From: Mobula hypostoma
Lineage: Eukaryota
Length of the DNA: 64,000 bases
Assembly (NCBI RefSeq): GCF_963921235.1
Contig: NC_086100.1
Span: 202,618,001 to 202,682,000, forward strand
Direction: 5' to 3'
Shown: positions 1-18,000 of the stretch, piece after piece
Numbering within the stretch: position 1 is the stretch's first letter
How the letters are laid out: every line of letters begins with the position of its first letter
Program-made: the position numbers and the translations under genes
The notes under the pieces: generated by a model
Database searches by the model: none
What the model saw: the letters and a program-made list of their open reading frames with translations, nothing else
Told to the model about the DNA's origin: nothing

Positions 1-3000
1 CCCACTGAACAACCGACACAGAAACACCCCACACCCACTGATACCGACGCAGAAACACCTCACACCCACTGACACCTACACAGAAACACCCCGCACCCAC
101 TGACACATACACAGAAAGACCCCACACCCACTGAACCACCTACAGAGAAACACCCCATACCCACAGAACCACCTATGAACACCGCACACCCAATTACACC
201 TACACAGAAACGCCAAACACCCACTGACACCTACACAGAAATACCCCACACCCACTGAACAACCGACACAGAAACACCCCACACCCACTGATACCGACAC
301 AGAAATCCCCAGACCCACTGACACCGACACAGAAACACCTCACACCCACTGACACCTATTCAGAAACACCCCACACCCACGGAACCACTTATACAGAAAC
401 ACCCCATACCCTCTGACAAGTACACAGAAACACCCCACACCCACTGAACCACTGACACAGAAACACCCCGTACCCACTGACACCTACACAGAAACACCCA
501 CATCCACTGACAAATACACAGAAACACCCAACACCCACTGAACCACTTACAAAGAAACACCCCACACCCACTGAACCACCTACACAGAAACACCCCACAC
601 GCAGTGAACCATCTACGAACACCCCAGACACAATTACACCTGCACAGAAATACCCCACACCCACTGAACCACTTACACAGAAACACCCCACACCCACTGA
701 CACCTACACTGAAACACCCCACACCCACTGAACCACCTACACAGAAACACCCCACACCCACTGACACCTACACAGAAACACCCCACATCCACTGACACCT
801 ACACAGAACACCTCACACCCACCGACAGATACACAGAAACATCCCACACCCACTGACAAATACACAGAAACACCCCACACCCACTGAACTACCTACACAG
901 AAACACCCCACACCCACTGAACCACCGACACAGAAACACCCCACACCCACTGACACCTACACAGAAACACCCCGCACCCACTGACACATACACAGAAAGA
1001 CCCCACACCCACTGAACCACCTACAGAGAAACACCCCATACCCATAGAACCACCTATGAACACCCCACACCCAATTACACCTACACAGAAACGCCAAACA
1101 CCCACTGACACCTACAGAGAAATACCCCAGACCCGCTGAACAACCGACACAGAAACACCCCACACCCACTGATACCGACACAGAAACACCTCACACCCAC
1201 TGATACCTACACAGAAACACCCCGCACCCACTGACACATACACAGAAAGACCCCACACCCACTGAACCACCTACAGAGAAACACCCCATACCCACAGAAC
1301 CACCTATGAACACCCCACACCCAATTACACCTACACAGAAACGCCAAACACCCACTGACACCTACAGAGAAATACCCCACACCCACTGAACAACCGACAC
1401 AGAAACACCCCACACCCACTGATACCGACACAGAAATCCCCAGACCCACTGACACCGACACAGAAACACCTCACACCCACTGACACCTATTCAGAAACTC
1501 CCCACACGCACGGAACCACTTATACAGAAACACCCCATACCCTCTGACAAATACACAGAAACACCCCACGCCCACTGAACCACTGACACAGAAACACCCC
1601 ACACCCACTAACACCTACACAGAAACACCCAACACCCACTGAACCACTGACACAGAAACACCCCACACCCACTTGCACCTACACAGAAACACCACACACC
1701 CACTGACACCGACACAGAAAGACCCCACAGCCACTGACACGTACACAAAACACCCCACACCCACATACACAGAAACACCCCACACCCACTGACACCTACA
1801 GAGAAACACCCTACACCCACTGACAAATACACAGAAACACCCCGCTCCTACTGACACCTGCACAGAAACACTCCACACCCACTGACACCTACACAGAAAC
1901 ACCCCACACACACTGAACCAGCAACACAGAAATACCCCACACCCACTCAACTACCTACACAGAAACACCCCACACCCACTGAACCACCAACACAGAAACA
2001 CCCCGCATCTACTGACCCCTACACAGAAACACCCCACACCCACTGAACTACCTACACAGAAACACCCCACACCCATTGACACCTACACAGAAACACCCCA
2101 CATCCACTGACAACAACACAGAAACACCCCACAACCACTGAACTACCTACACAGAAACACCCCACACCCACTGACACCTACACAGAAACACCCCACACCC
2201 ACTGAACTACCTACACAGAAATACCCCACACCCTGTGACACCTACACAGAAACACCCCACACCCACTGAATAACCTACACAGGAACATCCCACACCCACT
2301 GAACTACCTACACAGAAATAGCCCACACCCTGTGACACCTACATAGAAACACCCCACATCCATTGACAACAACACAGAAACCCTCAGACCCACTGACACT
2401 GACACAGGAACTCCTCACACCCACTGATTCCTACACAGAAAGACCCAACAGCCACTGACACGTACACATAACACCCCAGACCCACATACACCGAAACAGC
2501 CCACACCCACTGATTCCTACACAGAAAGACTCCAAACCCACCGACTCTACTCAGTAACAACCCGCACCCACGGACGCCTACACAGAAACAGCCAGCACCC
2601 ACTGACACCTACAGAGAAACACCCTACACCCACTGACAAATACACAGAAACACCCCACACCCACTGACACCTACACAGAAACACCCTACACCCACTGAAT
2701 AACCTACACAGGAACATCCCACACCCACTGAACTACCTACACAGAAATACCCCACACCCTGTGACACCTACACAGAAACACCCAACATCTACTGACAACG
2801 ACACAGAAACCCTCAGACCCACTGACACTGACACAGGAACTCCTCACACCCACTGACACCGACACAGAAAGGCCCCACAGCCACTGACACGTACACATAA
2901 CACCCCACACCCACATACACAGAAACAGCCCACACCCATTGATTCCTACACAGAAAGACCCCAAACCCACCGACTCTACTCAGAAAAACCCCGCACCCAC

Positions 3001-6000
3001 GGACACCTAAACAGAAACAGCCAGCACCCACTGACAAATACACAGAAACACCCCACACCCACTGAACCACCAACACAGAAACACCCCACACCCACTAACA
3101 CCTACACAGAAACACCCAACACCCACTGAACCACTGACACAGAAACACCCCACACCCACTTGCACCTACACAGAAACACCCCACACCCACTGACACCGAC
3201 ACAGAAACACCCCACACCCACTGACTCCTACTCAGAAAGACCCCACACCCACTGAACCACCTACACAGAAACACCCCACACCCACTTACACCTACACAGA
3301 AACACCCCACACCCACTGACACCTATACAGAAACACCCCACACCCAATGACACCTACAAAAAAACACCCCACACCCACTGAATAACCTACAAAGGAACAT
3401 CCCACACCCACTGAACTACCTACACAGAAATACCCCACACCGTGTTACGCCTACACAGGAACACCTCACATCCACTGACAACGACACAGAAACCCTCAGA
3501 CCCACTGACACAGGAACTCCTCACACCCACTGACACTGACACAGAAAGACCGCACAGCCACTGACACGTACACAAAACACCCCACACCCACATACACAGA
3601 AACAGTCCACACCCACTGACACCTACAGAGAAACACCCTACACCCACTGACAAATACACAGAAACACCCCGCTCCTACTGACACCTGCACAGAAACACTC
3701 CACACCCACTGACACCTACACAGAAACACCCCACACACACTGAACCAGCAACACAGAAATACCCCACACCCACTCAACTACCTACACAGAAACACCCCAC
3801 ACCCACAGAACCACCAACACAGAAACACCCCGCATCTACTGACCCCTACACAGAAACACCCCACACCCACTCACACCTACACAGAAACACCCCACACCCA
3901 CTGAACTACCTACACAGAAACACCCCACACCCACTGACACCTACACAGAAACACCCCACATCCACTGACAACGACACAGAAACACCCCACAACAACTGAA
4001 CTACCTACACAGAAACACCCCACACCCACTGACACCTACACAGAAACACCCCACACCCACTGAATAACCTACACAGGAACATCCCACACCCACTGAACTA
4101 CCTACACAGAAATACCCCACACCCTGTGACACCTACACAGAAACACCCCACATCCACTGACAATGACACAGAAACCCTCAGACCCACTGACACTGACACA
4201 GGAACTCCTCACACCCACTGACACCGACACAGAAAGGCCCCACAGCCACTGACACGTACACATAACACCCCAGACCCACATACACAGAAACAGCCCACAC
4301 CCACCCCACTGATTCCTACACAGAAAGACCCCAAACCCACCGACTCTACTCAGAAACAACCCGCACCCACCGACGCCTACACAGAAACAGCCAGCACCCA
4401 CTGACACCTACAGAGAAACACCCTACACCCACTGACAAATACACAGAAACACCCCACACCCACTGAATAACCTACACAGGAATATCCCACACCCACTGAC
4501 TCCTACACAGAAACACCCCACACCCACTGACACCTACACAGAAACAGCCAGCACCCACTGACAAATACACAGAAACACCCCACACCCACTGAACCACCAA
4601 CACAGAAACACCCCGCACCCACTGACTCCTACACAGAAACACCCCACACCCACTGACACCTACACAGATACACCCCACACTGACACCTACACAGAAACAC
4701 CCCACACCCACTGACACCTACATAGAAACACCCCACACCCACTGACACTTTCACAGAACACCCCACAGCCACTGACAAATACACAGAACACCCCACACCC
4801 ACTGACAAATACACAGAAACACCCCACACCCACTGAACCACCTACACAGAAACACCCCACACCCACTGAACCACCGACACAGATACACCCCACGCCCACT
4901 GAAACCTATAGAGAAATACCCCACACCCACAGACATCTACAGAGAAACACCCCACACCCACTGAGCCACTTACAGAAAAACAGCCCACACCCACTGACAC
5001 CTACACAGAATACCCCACACCCACTAAGAAATACACAGAAACACCCCACACCCACTGAACCACCGACACAGAAACACCCCACACCCACTGACACCGACAC
5101 AGAAACACCCCGCTCCCACTGACACCTACACAGAAACACCCCGCTCCCACTGACCCCTACACAGAAACACCCCACACCCACTGACACCTACACAGAAACA
5201 CCACACACCCACTGACACAGACAAAGAAACAGCCCAAAGCCACTGACACCTACACAGAAACTCCCCACACCCAGTGACAAACACACAGAAACACCCCACA
5301 CCCACTGACACCTACACAGAAACACCCCACACCCACTGACACCTACACAGAACACCCCACACCCACCAACAGATACACAGAAACACCCCACACCTACTGA
5401 ACCACCGACACAGAAACACCACACACCCACTGACACAGACAAAGAAACAGCCCAAAGCCACTGACACCTACACAGAAACTCCCCACACCCACTGACAAAC
5501 ACACAGAAACACCCCACACCCACTGACACCTACACAGAAACAACCCACACCCACTGAACCACCGACACAGAAACACCCCACACCCACTGACACCTACACA
5601 GAAACACCCTACACCCACTGAACCACCTACACAGAAACACCCCACACCCACTGACACCTACACAGAAACCCCCAGACCCACTGACACTGACACAGGAACT
5701 CCTGACACCCACTGACACCGACACAGAATACCCCACAGCCACCGACTCTACTCAGAAACACCCCGCACCCATGGACACCTACACAGAAACAGCCAGCACC
5801 CACTGACAAATACACAGAAACATCCCACAGCCACTGAACCACCAACACAGAAACACCCCGCACCCACTGACTCCTACACAGAAACACCCCACACCCACTG
5901 AACCACCAACACAGAAAAACCCCACACCCACTGACACCTACACAGAAACACCCCACACCCACTGACACCTACACAGAAACACCCCACACCCACTGAACAA

Positions 6001-9000
6001 CCGACACAGAAACACCCTGCAACCACTGACACCTACACAGATACACCCCACACTGACACCTACACAGAAACACCCCACACCCTGACACCTACATAGAAAC
6101 ACCCCACACCCACTGACACTTTCACAGAACACCCCACAGCCACTGACAAATACACAGAACACCCCACACCCACTGACAAATACACAGAAACACCCCACAC
6201 CCACTGAACGACCTACACAGAAACACCCCACACCCACTGAACTACCTACACAGAAACACCCCACACCCACTGACACCTACACAGAAACACCCCACATCCA
6301 CTGACACCTACACAGAAACACCCCACACCAACTGAACCACCGACACAGAAACACCCCACGCCCACTGACACCTATAGAGAAATACCCCACACCCACAGAC
6401 ATCTACAGAGAAACACCCCACACCCACTGACACCTACACAGAATACCCCACACCCACTGACACCTACAAAGAAACACCCCACACCCACTGAACCACCTAC
6501 ACAGAAACACCCCACACCCACTGAACCACCGACACAGAAACACCCTCCAACCACTGACACCTACACAGAAAAACCCCACACCCACTGACACCTACACAGA
6601 TACACCCCACACTGACACCTACAGAGAAACACCCCACACCTACTGACACCTGCATAGAAACACCCCACATCCACTGACACTTTCACAGAACACCCCACAG
6701 CCACTGACAAATACACAGAACCCCACACCCACTGACAAATACACAGAAACACCCCACACCCACTGAATCACCTACACAGAAACACCCCACACCCACTGAA
6801 CTACCTACACAGAAACACCCCACACCCACTGAACCACCGACACAGAAACACCCCACGCCCACTGACAGCTATAGAGAAATACCCCACACCTACAGACATC
6901 TACAAGGAAACACCCAACACCCACTGAACCACTTACACAAAAACACCCCGCACCCACTGACACCTACACGGAAACACCCCACACCCACTGACACCTACAT
7001 AGAAACACCCAACACCCACTGACACCTACACAGAAACATCCCACAGCCACTGACACCTGCACAGAAACACCCCACACCCAGTGACACCTACACAGAAACA
7101 CCCCACACCCACTGACACCTTCACCGAACACCCCACAACCACTGACAAATACACAGAAAACCCCACTCCCACTGACATATACACAGAAACACCCCACACC
7201 CACTGAACCACCTACACAGAAACACCCCACACCCACTGACACCTACACCATAACACCCCACACCCACTGAACCACCGACACAGAAACACCACACACCCAC
7301 TGACACCGACAAAGAAACAGCCCACAGCCACTGACACCTACACAGAAACTCCCCACACCCACTGACAAACACACAGAAACACCCCACACCCACTGACACC
7401 TACACAGAAACACCCCACTCCCACTGACACCTACACAGAAACAACCCACACCCACTGAACCACCGACACAGAAACACCCCACACCCACTGAAACCTACAG
7501 AGAAATACCCCACACCCACAGACATCTATAGAGAAACACCCCACACCCACTGGACTACCTACACACAAACACCCCACACCCACTGACACCGACACAGGAA
7601 CACCCCGCACCGACTGACACCTACACAGAAACACCCCACACCCACTGAACCACTTACACAAAAACACCCCACACCCACTGACACCTACAGAGAAACACCC
7701 CACACCCACTGACACCTACAGAGAAACACCCTACACCAACTCACACCGACACATAAACAACCCACAACCACTGAACCACCTACACAGAAACACCCCACAC
7801 CCACTGAACCACCGACACAGAAACACAACACACCCACTGACACCGACAAAGAAACAGCCCACAGCCACTGACACCTACACAGAAACTCCGCACACTCACT
7901 GATAAACACACAGAAACACCCCACACCCACTGACACCTACACAGAAACAACCCACACCCACTGAACCACCGACACAGAAACACCCCACACCCACTGACAC
8001 CTACAGAGAAATACCCCACACCCACAGACATCTACAGAGAAACATCCCACACCCACTGGACTACCTACACACAAACACCCCACACCCTCTGATACCGACA
8101 CAGGAACACCCCGCACCTACTGACACCTACACAGAAACACCCCACACCCACTGAATCACTTACACAAAAACACCCCACACCCACTGACACCTACAGAGAA
8201 ACACCCCACACCCACTGACACCTACAGAGAAACACCCTACACCAACTGACACCGACACATAAACAACCCACAACCACTGAACCACCTACACAGAAACACC
8301 CCACACCCACTGAACCACCGACACAGAAACACAACACACCCACTGACACCGACAAAGAAACAGCCCACAGCCACTGACACCTACACAGAAACTCCGCACA
8401 CTCACTGATAAACACACAGAAACACCCCACACCCACTGACACCTACACAGAAACAACCCACACCCACTGAACCACCGACACAGAAACACCCCACACCCAC
8501 TGACACCTACAGAGAAATACCCCACACCCACAGACATCTACAGAGAAACATCCCACACCCACTGGACTACCTACACACAAACACCCCACACCCTCTGATA
8601 CCGACACAGGAACACCCCGCACCTACTGACACCTACACAGAAACACCCCACACCCACTGAATCACTTACACAAAAACACCCCACACCCACTGTCACCTAC
8701 AGAGAAATACCCCACACCCACTGAACCACCTACACAGAAACACCCCACACCCACTGACACCTACACAGAAACACCCCACACCCACTGTCACCTACAGAGA
8801 AATACCCCACACCCACTGAACCACCTACACAGAAACACCACACACCCACTGACACCTACACAGAAACACCCCACATCCACTGACATCTACACCATAACAC
8901 CCCACACCCACTGAACCACCGACACAGAAACACCACACACCCACTGACACCGACAAAGAAACAGCCCACAGCCACTGACACCTACACAGAAACTCCCAAC

Positions 9001-12000
9001 ACCCACTGACAAACACACAGAAACACCCCACACCCACTGACACCTACACAGAAACAACCCACACCCACTGAACCACCGACACAGAAACACCCCACACCCA
9101 CTGACACCTACAGAGAAATACCCCACACCCACAGACATCTACAGAGAAACATCCCACACCCACTGGACTACCTACACACAAACACCCCACACCCACCGAT
9201 ACCGACACAGGAACACACCCCACATCCACCCCACATCCAATTCCACCTGCACAGAAACACCACACAGCCGCTGACACCTACACAGAAACACCCCACACCC
9301 ACTGAGTCCTACACAGAAGCACCCCACACCCACTGACACCTACACAGAAACACCACACACCCACTGACACAGACAAAGAAACAGCCCAAAGCCACTGACA
9401 CCTACACAGAAACTCCCCACACCCAGTGACAAACACACAGAAACACCCCACACCCACTGACACCTACACAGAAACACCCCACACCCACTGACACCTACAC
9501 AGAACACCCCACACCCACCAACAGATATACAGAAACACCCCACACCTACTGAACCACCGACACAGAAACACCACACACCCACTGACACAGACAAAGAAAC
9601 AGCCCAAAGCCACTGACACCTACACAGAAACTCACCACACCCACTGACAAACACACAGAAACACCCCACACCCACTGACACCTACACAGAAACAACCCAC
9701 ACCCACTGAACCACCGACACAGAAACACCCCACACCCACCAACAGATACACAGAAACACCCCACACCTACTGAACCACCGACACAGAAACACCACACACC
9801 CACTGACACCTACACAGAAACACCCTACACCCACTGAACCACCTACACAGAAACACCCCACACCCACTGACACCTACACAGAAACCCCCAGACCCACTGA
9901 CACTGACACAGGAACTCCTGACACCCACTGACACCGACACAGAAAGACCCCACAGCCACCGACTCTACTCAGAAACACCCCGCACCCACGGACACCTACA
10001 CAGAAACAGCCAGCACCCACTGACAAATACACAGAAACATCCCACACCCACTGAACCACCAACACAGAAACACCCCGCACCCACTGACTCCTACACAGAA
10101 ACACCCCACACCCACTGAACAACCGACACAGAAACACCCTGCAACCAATGACACCTACACAGATACACCCCACACTGACACCTACACAGAAACACCCCAC
10201 ACCCACTGACACCTACATAGAAACACCCCACACCCACTGACACTTTCACAGAACACCCCACAGCCACTGACAAATATACAGAACACCCCACACCCACTGA
10301 CAAATACACAGAAACACCCCACACCCACTGAACGACCTACACAGAAACACCCCACACCCACTGAACCACCGACACAGAAACACCCCACGCCCACTGACAC
10401 CTATAGAGAAATACCCCACACCCACAGACATCTACAGAGAAACACCCCACACCCACTGACACCTACACAGAATACCCCACACCCACTGACACCTACAAAG
10501 AAACACCCCACACCCACTGAACCACCTACACAGAAACACCCCACACCCACTGAACCACCGACACAGAAACACCCTGCAACCACTGACACCTACACAGAAA
10601 AACCCCACACCCACTGACACCTACACAGATACACCCCACACTGACACCTACAGAGAAACACCCCACACCCACTGACACCTGCATAGAAACACCCCACATC
10701 CACTGACACTTTCACAGAACACCCCACAGCCACTGACAAATACACAGAACCCCACACCCACTGACAAATACACAGAAACACCCCACACCCACTGAACCAC
10801 CTACACAGAAACACCCCACACCCACTGAACTACCTACACAGAAACACCCCACACCCACTGAACCACCGACACAGAAACACCCCACGCCCACTGACAGCTA
10901 TAGAGAAATACCCCACACCCACAGACATCTACAAGGAAACACCCCACACCCACTGAACCACTTACACAAAAACAGCCCACACCCACTGACACCTACACAG
11001 AATACCCCACACCCACTAAGAAATACACAGAAACACCCCACACCCACTGAACCACCTACACAGAAACACCCCACACCCACTGAACCACCGACACAGAAAC
11101 ACTCCGCACCCTCTGACCCCTACACAGAAACACCCCACACCCACTGACACCTACACAGAAACACCCCACACCCACTGACAAATACACAGAAACACCCCAC
11201 GCCCACTGACAAATACACAGATACACCCCACACCCACTGACGCCTACAAAGAAACACCCTACACCCACTGACACCTACACAGAAACACCCCACACCCACT
11301 GACACCTACACAGAAACACCCCGCACCCACTGAACCACCTACACAGAAACCACCCACACCCACTGACACCTACACCATAACACCCCACACCAACTGAACC
11401 ACCGACACAGAAACACCACACACCCACTGACAAACACACAGAAACACCCCACACCCACTGACACCTACACAGAAACATCCCACACCCACTGACACCTACA
11501 CAGAAACAACCCACACCCACTGAACCACCGACACAGAAACACCCCACACCCACTGAAACCTACAGAGAAATACCCCACACCCACAGACATCTATAGAGAA
11601 ACACCCCACACCCACTGGACTACCTACACACAAACACCCCACACCCACTGACACCGACACAGGAACACCCCGCACCGACTGACACCTACACAGAAACACC
11701 CCACACCCACTGAAACACTTACACAAAAACACCCCACACCCACTGACACCTACAGAGAAACACCCTACACCAACTGACACCGACACATAAACAACCCACA
11801 ACCACTGAACCACCTACACAGAAACACCCCACACCCACTGAACCACCGACACAGAAACACCACACACCCACTGACACCGACAAAGAAACAACCCACAGCC
11901 ACTGACACCTACACAGAAACTCCGCACACTCACTGATAAACACACAGAAACACCCCACACCCACTGACACCTACACAGAAACAACCCACACCCACTGAAC

Positions 12001-15000
12001 CACCGACACAGAAACACCCCACACCCACTGACACCTACAGAGAAATACCCCACACCCACAGACATCTACAGAGAAACATCCCACACCCACTGGACTACCT
12101 ACACACAAACACCCCACACCCACTGATACCGACACAGGAACACCCCGCACCTACTGACACCTACACAGAAACACCCCACACCCACTGAATCACTTACACA
12201 AAAACACCCCACACCCACTGTCACCTACAGAGAAATACTCCACACCCACTGAACCACCTACACAGAAACACCCCACACCCACTGACACCTACACAGAAAC
12301 ACCCCACACCCACTGTCACCTACAGAGAAATACCCCACACCCACTGAACCACCTACACAGAAACACCACACACCCACTGACATCTACACCATAACACCCC
12401 ACACCCACTGACATCTACACCATAACACCCCACACCCACTGAACCACTTACACAAAAACACCCCACACCCACTGACACCTACAGAGAAACACCCCACACC
12501 CACTGACACCTACAGAGAAACACCCTACACCAACTGACACCGACACATAAACAACCCACACCCACTGAACCACCTACACAGAAACACCCCACACCCACTG
12601 AACCACCGACACAGAAACACCACACACCCACTGACACCGACAAAGAAACAGCCCACAGCCACTGACACCTACACAGAAACTCCCCACACCCACTGACAAA
12701 CACACAGAAACACCCCACACCCACTGACACCTACACAGAAACAACCCACACCCACTGAACCACCGACACAGAAACACCCCACACCCACTGACATCTACAC
12801 CATAACACCCCACACCCACTGAACCACCGACACAGAAACATCACACACCCACTGACACCGACAAAGAAACAGCCCACAGCCACTGACAAACACACAGAAA
12901 CACCCCACACCCACTGACACCTACACAGAAACAACCCACACCCACTGAACCACCGACACAGAAACACCCCACACCCACTGACACCTACAGAGAAATACCC
13001 CACACCCACAGACATCTACAGAGAAACATCCCACACCCACTGGACTACCTACACACAAACACCCCACACCCACCGATACCGACACAGGAACACCCCGCAC
13101 CTACTGACACCTACACAGAAACACCCCACACCCACTGAATCACTTACACAAAAACACCCCACACCCACTGTCACCTACAGAGAAATACCCCACACCCACT
13201 GAACCACCTACACAGAAACACCCCACACCCACTGACACCTACACAGAAACACCCCACACCCACTGAACCACCTACACAGAAACACCCCACACCCATTGAC
13301 ACCTACACAGAAACACCCCACACCCACTGAACCACCTACACAGAAACACCCCACACCCACTGACTCCTACACAGAAACACCCCACACCCACTGACACCTA
13401 CACAGAAACAGCCAGCACCCACTGACAAATACACAGAAACACCCCACACCCACTGAACCACTTACACAAAAACACCCCACACCCACTGACACCTACAGAG
13501 AAACACCCCACACCCACTGACACCTACAGAGAAACACCCTACACCAACTGACACCGACACATAAACAACCCACACCCACTGAACCACCTACACAGAAACA
13601 CCCCACACCCACTGAACCACCGACACAGAAACACCACACACCCACTGACACCGACAAAGAAACAGCCCACAGCCACTGACACCTACACAGAAACTCCCCA
13701 CACCCACTGACAAACACACAGAAACACCCCACACCCACTGACACCTACACAGAAACAACCCACACCCACTGAACCACCGACACAGAAACACCCCACACCC
13801 ACTGACATCTACACCATAACACCCCACACCCACTGAACCACCGACACAGAAACATCACACACCCACTGACACCGACAAAGAAACAGCCCACAGCCACTGA
13901 CAAACACACAGAAACACCCCACACCCACTGACACCTACACAGAAACAACCCACACCCACTGAACCACCGACACAGAAACACCCCACACCCACTGACACCT
14001 ACAGAGAAATACCCCACACCCACAGACATCTACAGAGAAACATCCCACACCCACTGGACTACCTACACACAAACACCCCACACCCACCGATACCGACACA
14101 GGAACACCCCGCACCTACTGACACCTACACAGAAACACCCCACACCCACTGAATCACTTACACAAAAACACCCCACACCCACTGTCACCTACAGAGAAAT
14201 ACCCCACACCCACTGAACCACCTACACAGAAACACCCCACACCCACTGACACCTACACAGAAACACCCCACACCCACTGAACCACCTACACAGAAACACC
14301 CCACACCCATTGACACCTACACAGAAACACCCCACACCCACTGAACCACCTACACAGAAACACCCCACACCCACTGACTCCTACACAGAAACACCCCACA
14401 CCCACTGACACCTACACAGAAACAGCCAGCACCCACTGACAAATACACAGAAACACCCCACACCCACTGAACCACCAACACAGAAACACCCCGCACCCAC
14501 TGACTCCTACACAGAAACACCCCACACCCACTGACACCTACACAGATACACCCCACACTGACACCTACACAGAAACACCCCACACCCACTGACACCTACA
14601 TAGAAACACCCCACACCCACTGACACTTTCACAGAACACCCCACAGCCACTGACAAATACACAGAACACCCCACACCCACTGACAAATACACAGAAACAC
14701 CCCACACCCACTGAACCACCTACACAGAAACACCCCACACCCACTGAACTGCCTACACAGAAACACCCCACACCCACTGAACCACCGACACAGATACACC
14801 CCACGCCCACTGAAACCTATAGAGAAATACCCCACACCCACAGACATCTACAGAGAAACACCCCACACCCACTGAGCCACTTACAGAAAAACAGCCCACA
14901 CCCACTGACACCTACACAGAATACCCCACACCCACTAAGAAATACACAGAAACACCCCACACCCACTGAACCACCGACACAGAAACACCCCACACCCACT

Positions 15001-18000
15001 GACACCGACACAGAAACACCCCGCTCCCACTGACACCTACACAGAAACACCCCGCTCCCACTGACCCCTACACAGAAACACCCCACACCCACTGACACCT
15101 ACACAGAAACACCACACACCCACTGACACAGACAAAGAAACAGCCCAAAGCCACTGACACCTACACAGAAACTCCCCACACCCAGTGACAAACACACAGA
15201 AACACCCCACACCCACTGACACCTACACAGAAACACCCCACACCCACTGACACCTACACAGAACACCCCACACCCACCAACAGATACACAGAAACACCCC
15301 ACACCTACTGAACCACCGACACAGAAACACCACACACCCACTGACACAGACAAAGAAACAGCCCAAAGCCACTGACACCTACACAGAAACTCCCCACACC
15401 CACTGACAAACACACAGAAACACCCCACACCCACTGACACCTACACAGAAACAACCCACACCCACTGAACCACCGACACAGAAACACCCCACACCCACTG
15501 ACACCTACACAGAAACACCCTACACCCACTGAACCACCTACACAGAAACACCCCACACCCACTGACACCTACACAGAAACCCCCAGACCCACTGACACTG
15601 ACACAGGAACTCCTGACACCCACTGACACCGACACAGAAAGACCCCACAGCCACCGACTCTACTCAGAAACACCCCGCACCCATGGACACCTACACAGAA
15701 ACAGCCAGCACCCACTGACAAATACACAGAAACATCCCACAGCCACTGAACCACCAACACAGAAACACCCCGCACCCACTGACTCCTACACAGAAACACC
15801 CCACACCCACTGAACCACCAACACAGAAAAACCCCACACCCACTGACACCTACACAGAAACACCCCACACCCACTGACACCTACACAGAAACACCCCACA
15901 CCCACTGAACAACCGACACAGAAACACCCTGCAACCACTGACACCTACACAGATACACCCCACACTGACACCTACACAGAAACACCCCACACCCTGACAC
16001 CTACATAGAAACACCCCACACCCACTGACACTTTCACAGAACACCCCACAGCCACTGACAAATACACAGAACACCCCACACCCACTGACAAATACACAGA
16101 AACACCCCACACCCACTGAACGACCTACACAGAAACACCCCACACCCACTGAACTACCTACACAGAAACACCCCACACCCACTGACACCTACACAGAAAC
16201 ACCCCACATCCACTGACACCTACACAGAAACACCCCACACCAACTGAACCACCGACACAGAAACACCCCACGCCCACTGACACCTATAGAGAAATACCCC
16301 ACACCCACAGACATCTACAGAGAAACACCCCACACCCACTGACACCTACACAGAATACCCCACACCCACTGACACCTACAAAGAAACACCCCACACCCAC
16401 TGAACCACCTACACAGAAACACCCCACACCCACTGAACCACCGACACAGAAACACCCTGCAACCACTGACACCTACACAGAAAAACCCCACACCCACTGA
16501 CACCTACACAGATACACCCCACACTGACACCTACAGAGAAACACCCCACACCTACTGACACCTGCATAGAAACACCCCACATCCACTGACACTTTCACAG
16601 AACACCCCACAGCCACTGACAAATACACAGAACCCCACACCCACTGACAAATACACAGAAACACCCCACACCCACTGAATCACCTACACAGAAACACCCC
16701 ACACCCACTGAACTACCTACACAGAAACACCCCACACCCACTGAACCACCGACACAGAAACACCCCACGCCCACTGACAGCTATAGAGAAATACCCCACA
16801 CCTACAGACATCTACAAGGAAACACCCAACACCCACTGAACCACTTACACAAAAACAGCCCACACCCACTGACACCTACACAGAATACCCCACACCCACT
16901 AAGAAATACACAGAAACACCCCACACCCACTGAACCACCTACACAGAAACACCCCACACCCACTGAACCACCGACACAGAAACACCCCGCACCCTCTGAC
17001 CCCTACACAGAAACACCCCACACCCGCTGACACCTACACAGAAACACCCCACACCCACTGACAAATACACAGAAACACCCCACGCCCACTGACAAATACA
17101 CAGATACACCCCACACCCACTGACGCCTACAAAGAAACACCCTACACCCACTGACACCTACACAGAAACACCCCACACCCACTGACACCTACACAGAAAC
17201 ACCCCGCACCCACTGACACCTACACGGAAACACCCCACACCCACTGACACCTACATAGAAACACCCAACACCCACTGACACCTACACAGAAACATCCCAC
17301 AGCCACTGACACCTGCACAGAAACACCCCACACCCAGTGACACCTACACAGAAACACCCCACACCCACTGACACCTTCACCGAACACCCCACAACCACTG
17401 ACAAATACACAGAAAACCCCACTCCCACTGACATATACACAGAAACACCCCACACCCACTGAACCACCTACACAGAAACACCCCACACCCACTGACACCT
17501 ACACCATAACACCCTACACCCACTGAACCACCGACACAGAAACACCACACACCCACTGACACCGACAAAGAAACAGCCCACAGCCACTGACACCTACACA
17601 GAAACTCCCCACACCCACTGACAAACACACAGAAACACCCCACACCCACTGACACCTACACAGAAACACCCCACTCCCACTGACACCTACACAGAAACAA
17701 CCCACACCCACTGAACCACCGACACAGAAACACCCCACACCCACTGAAACCTACAGAGAAATACCCCACACCCACAGACATCTATAGAGAAACACCCCAC
17801 ACCCACTGGACTACCTACACACAAACACCCCACACCCACTGACACCGACACAGGAACACCCCGCACCGACTGACACCTACACAGAAACACCCCACACCCA
17901 CTGAACCACTTACACAAAAACACCCCACACCCACTGACACCTACAGAGAAACACCCCACACCCACTGACACCTACAGAGAAACACCCTACACCAACTGAC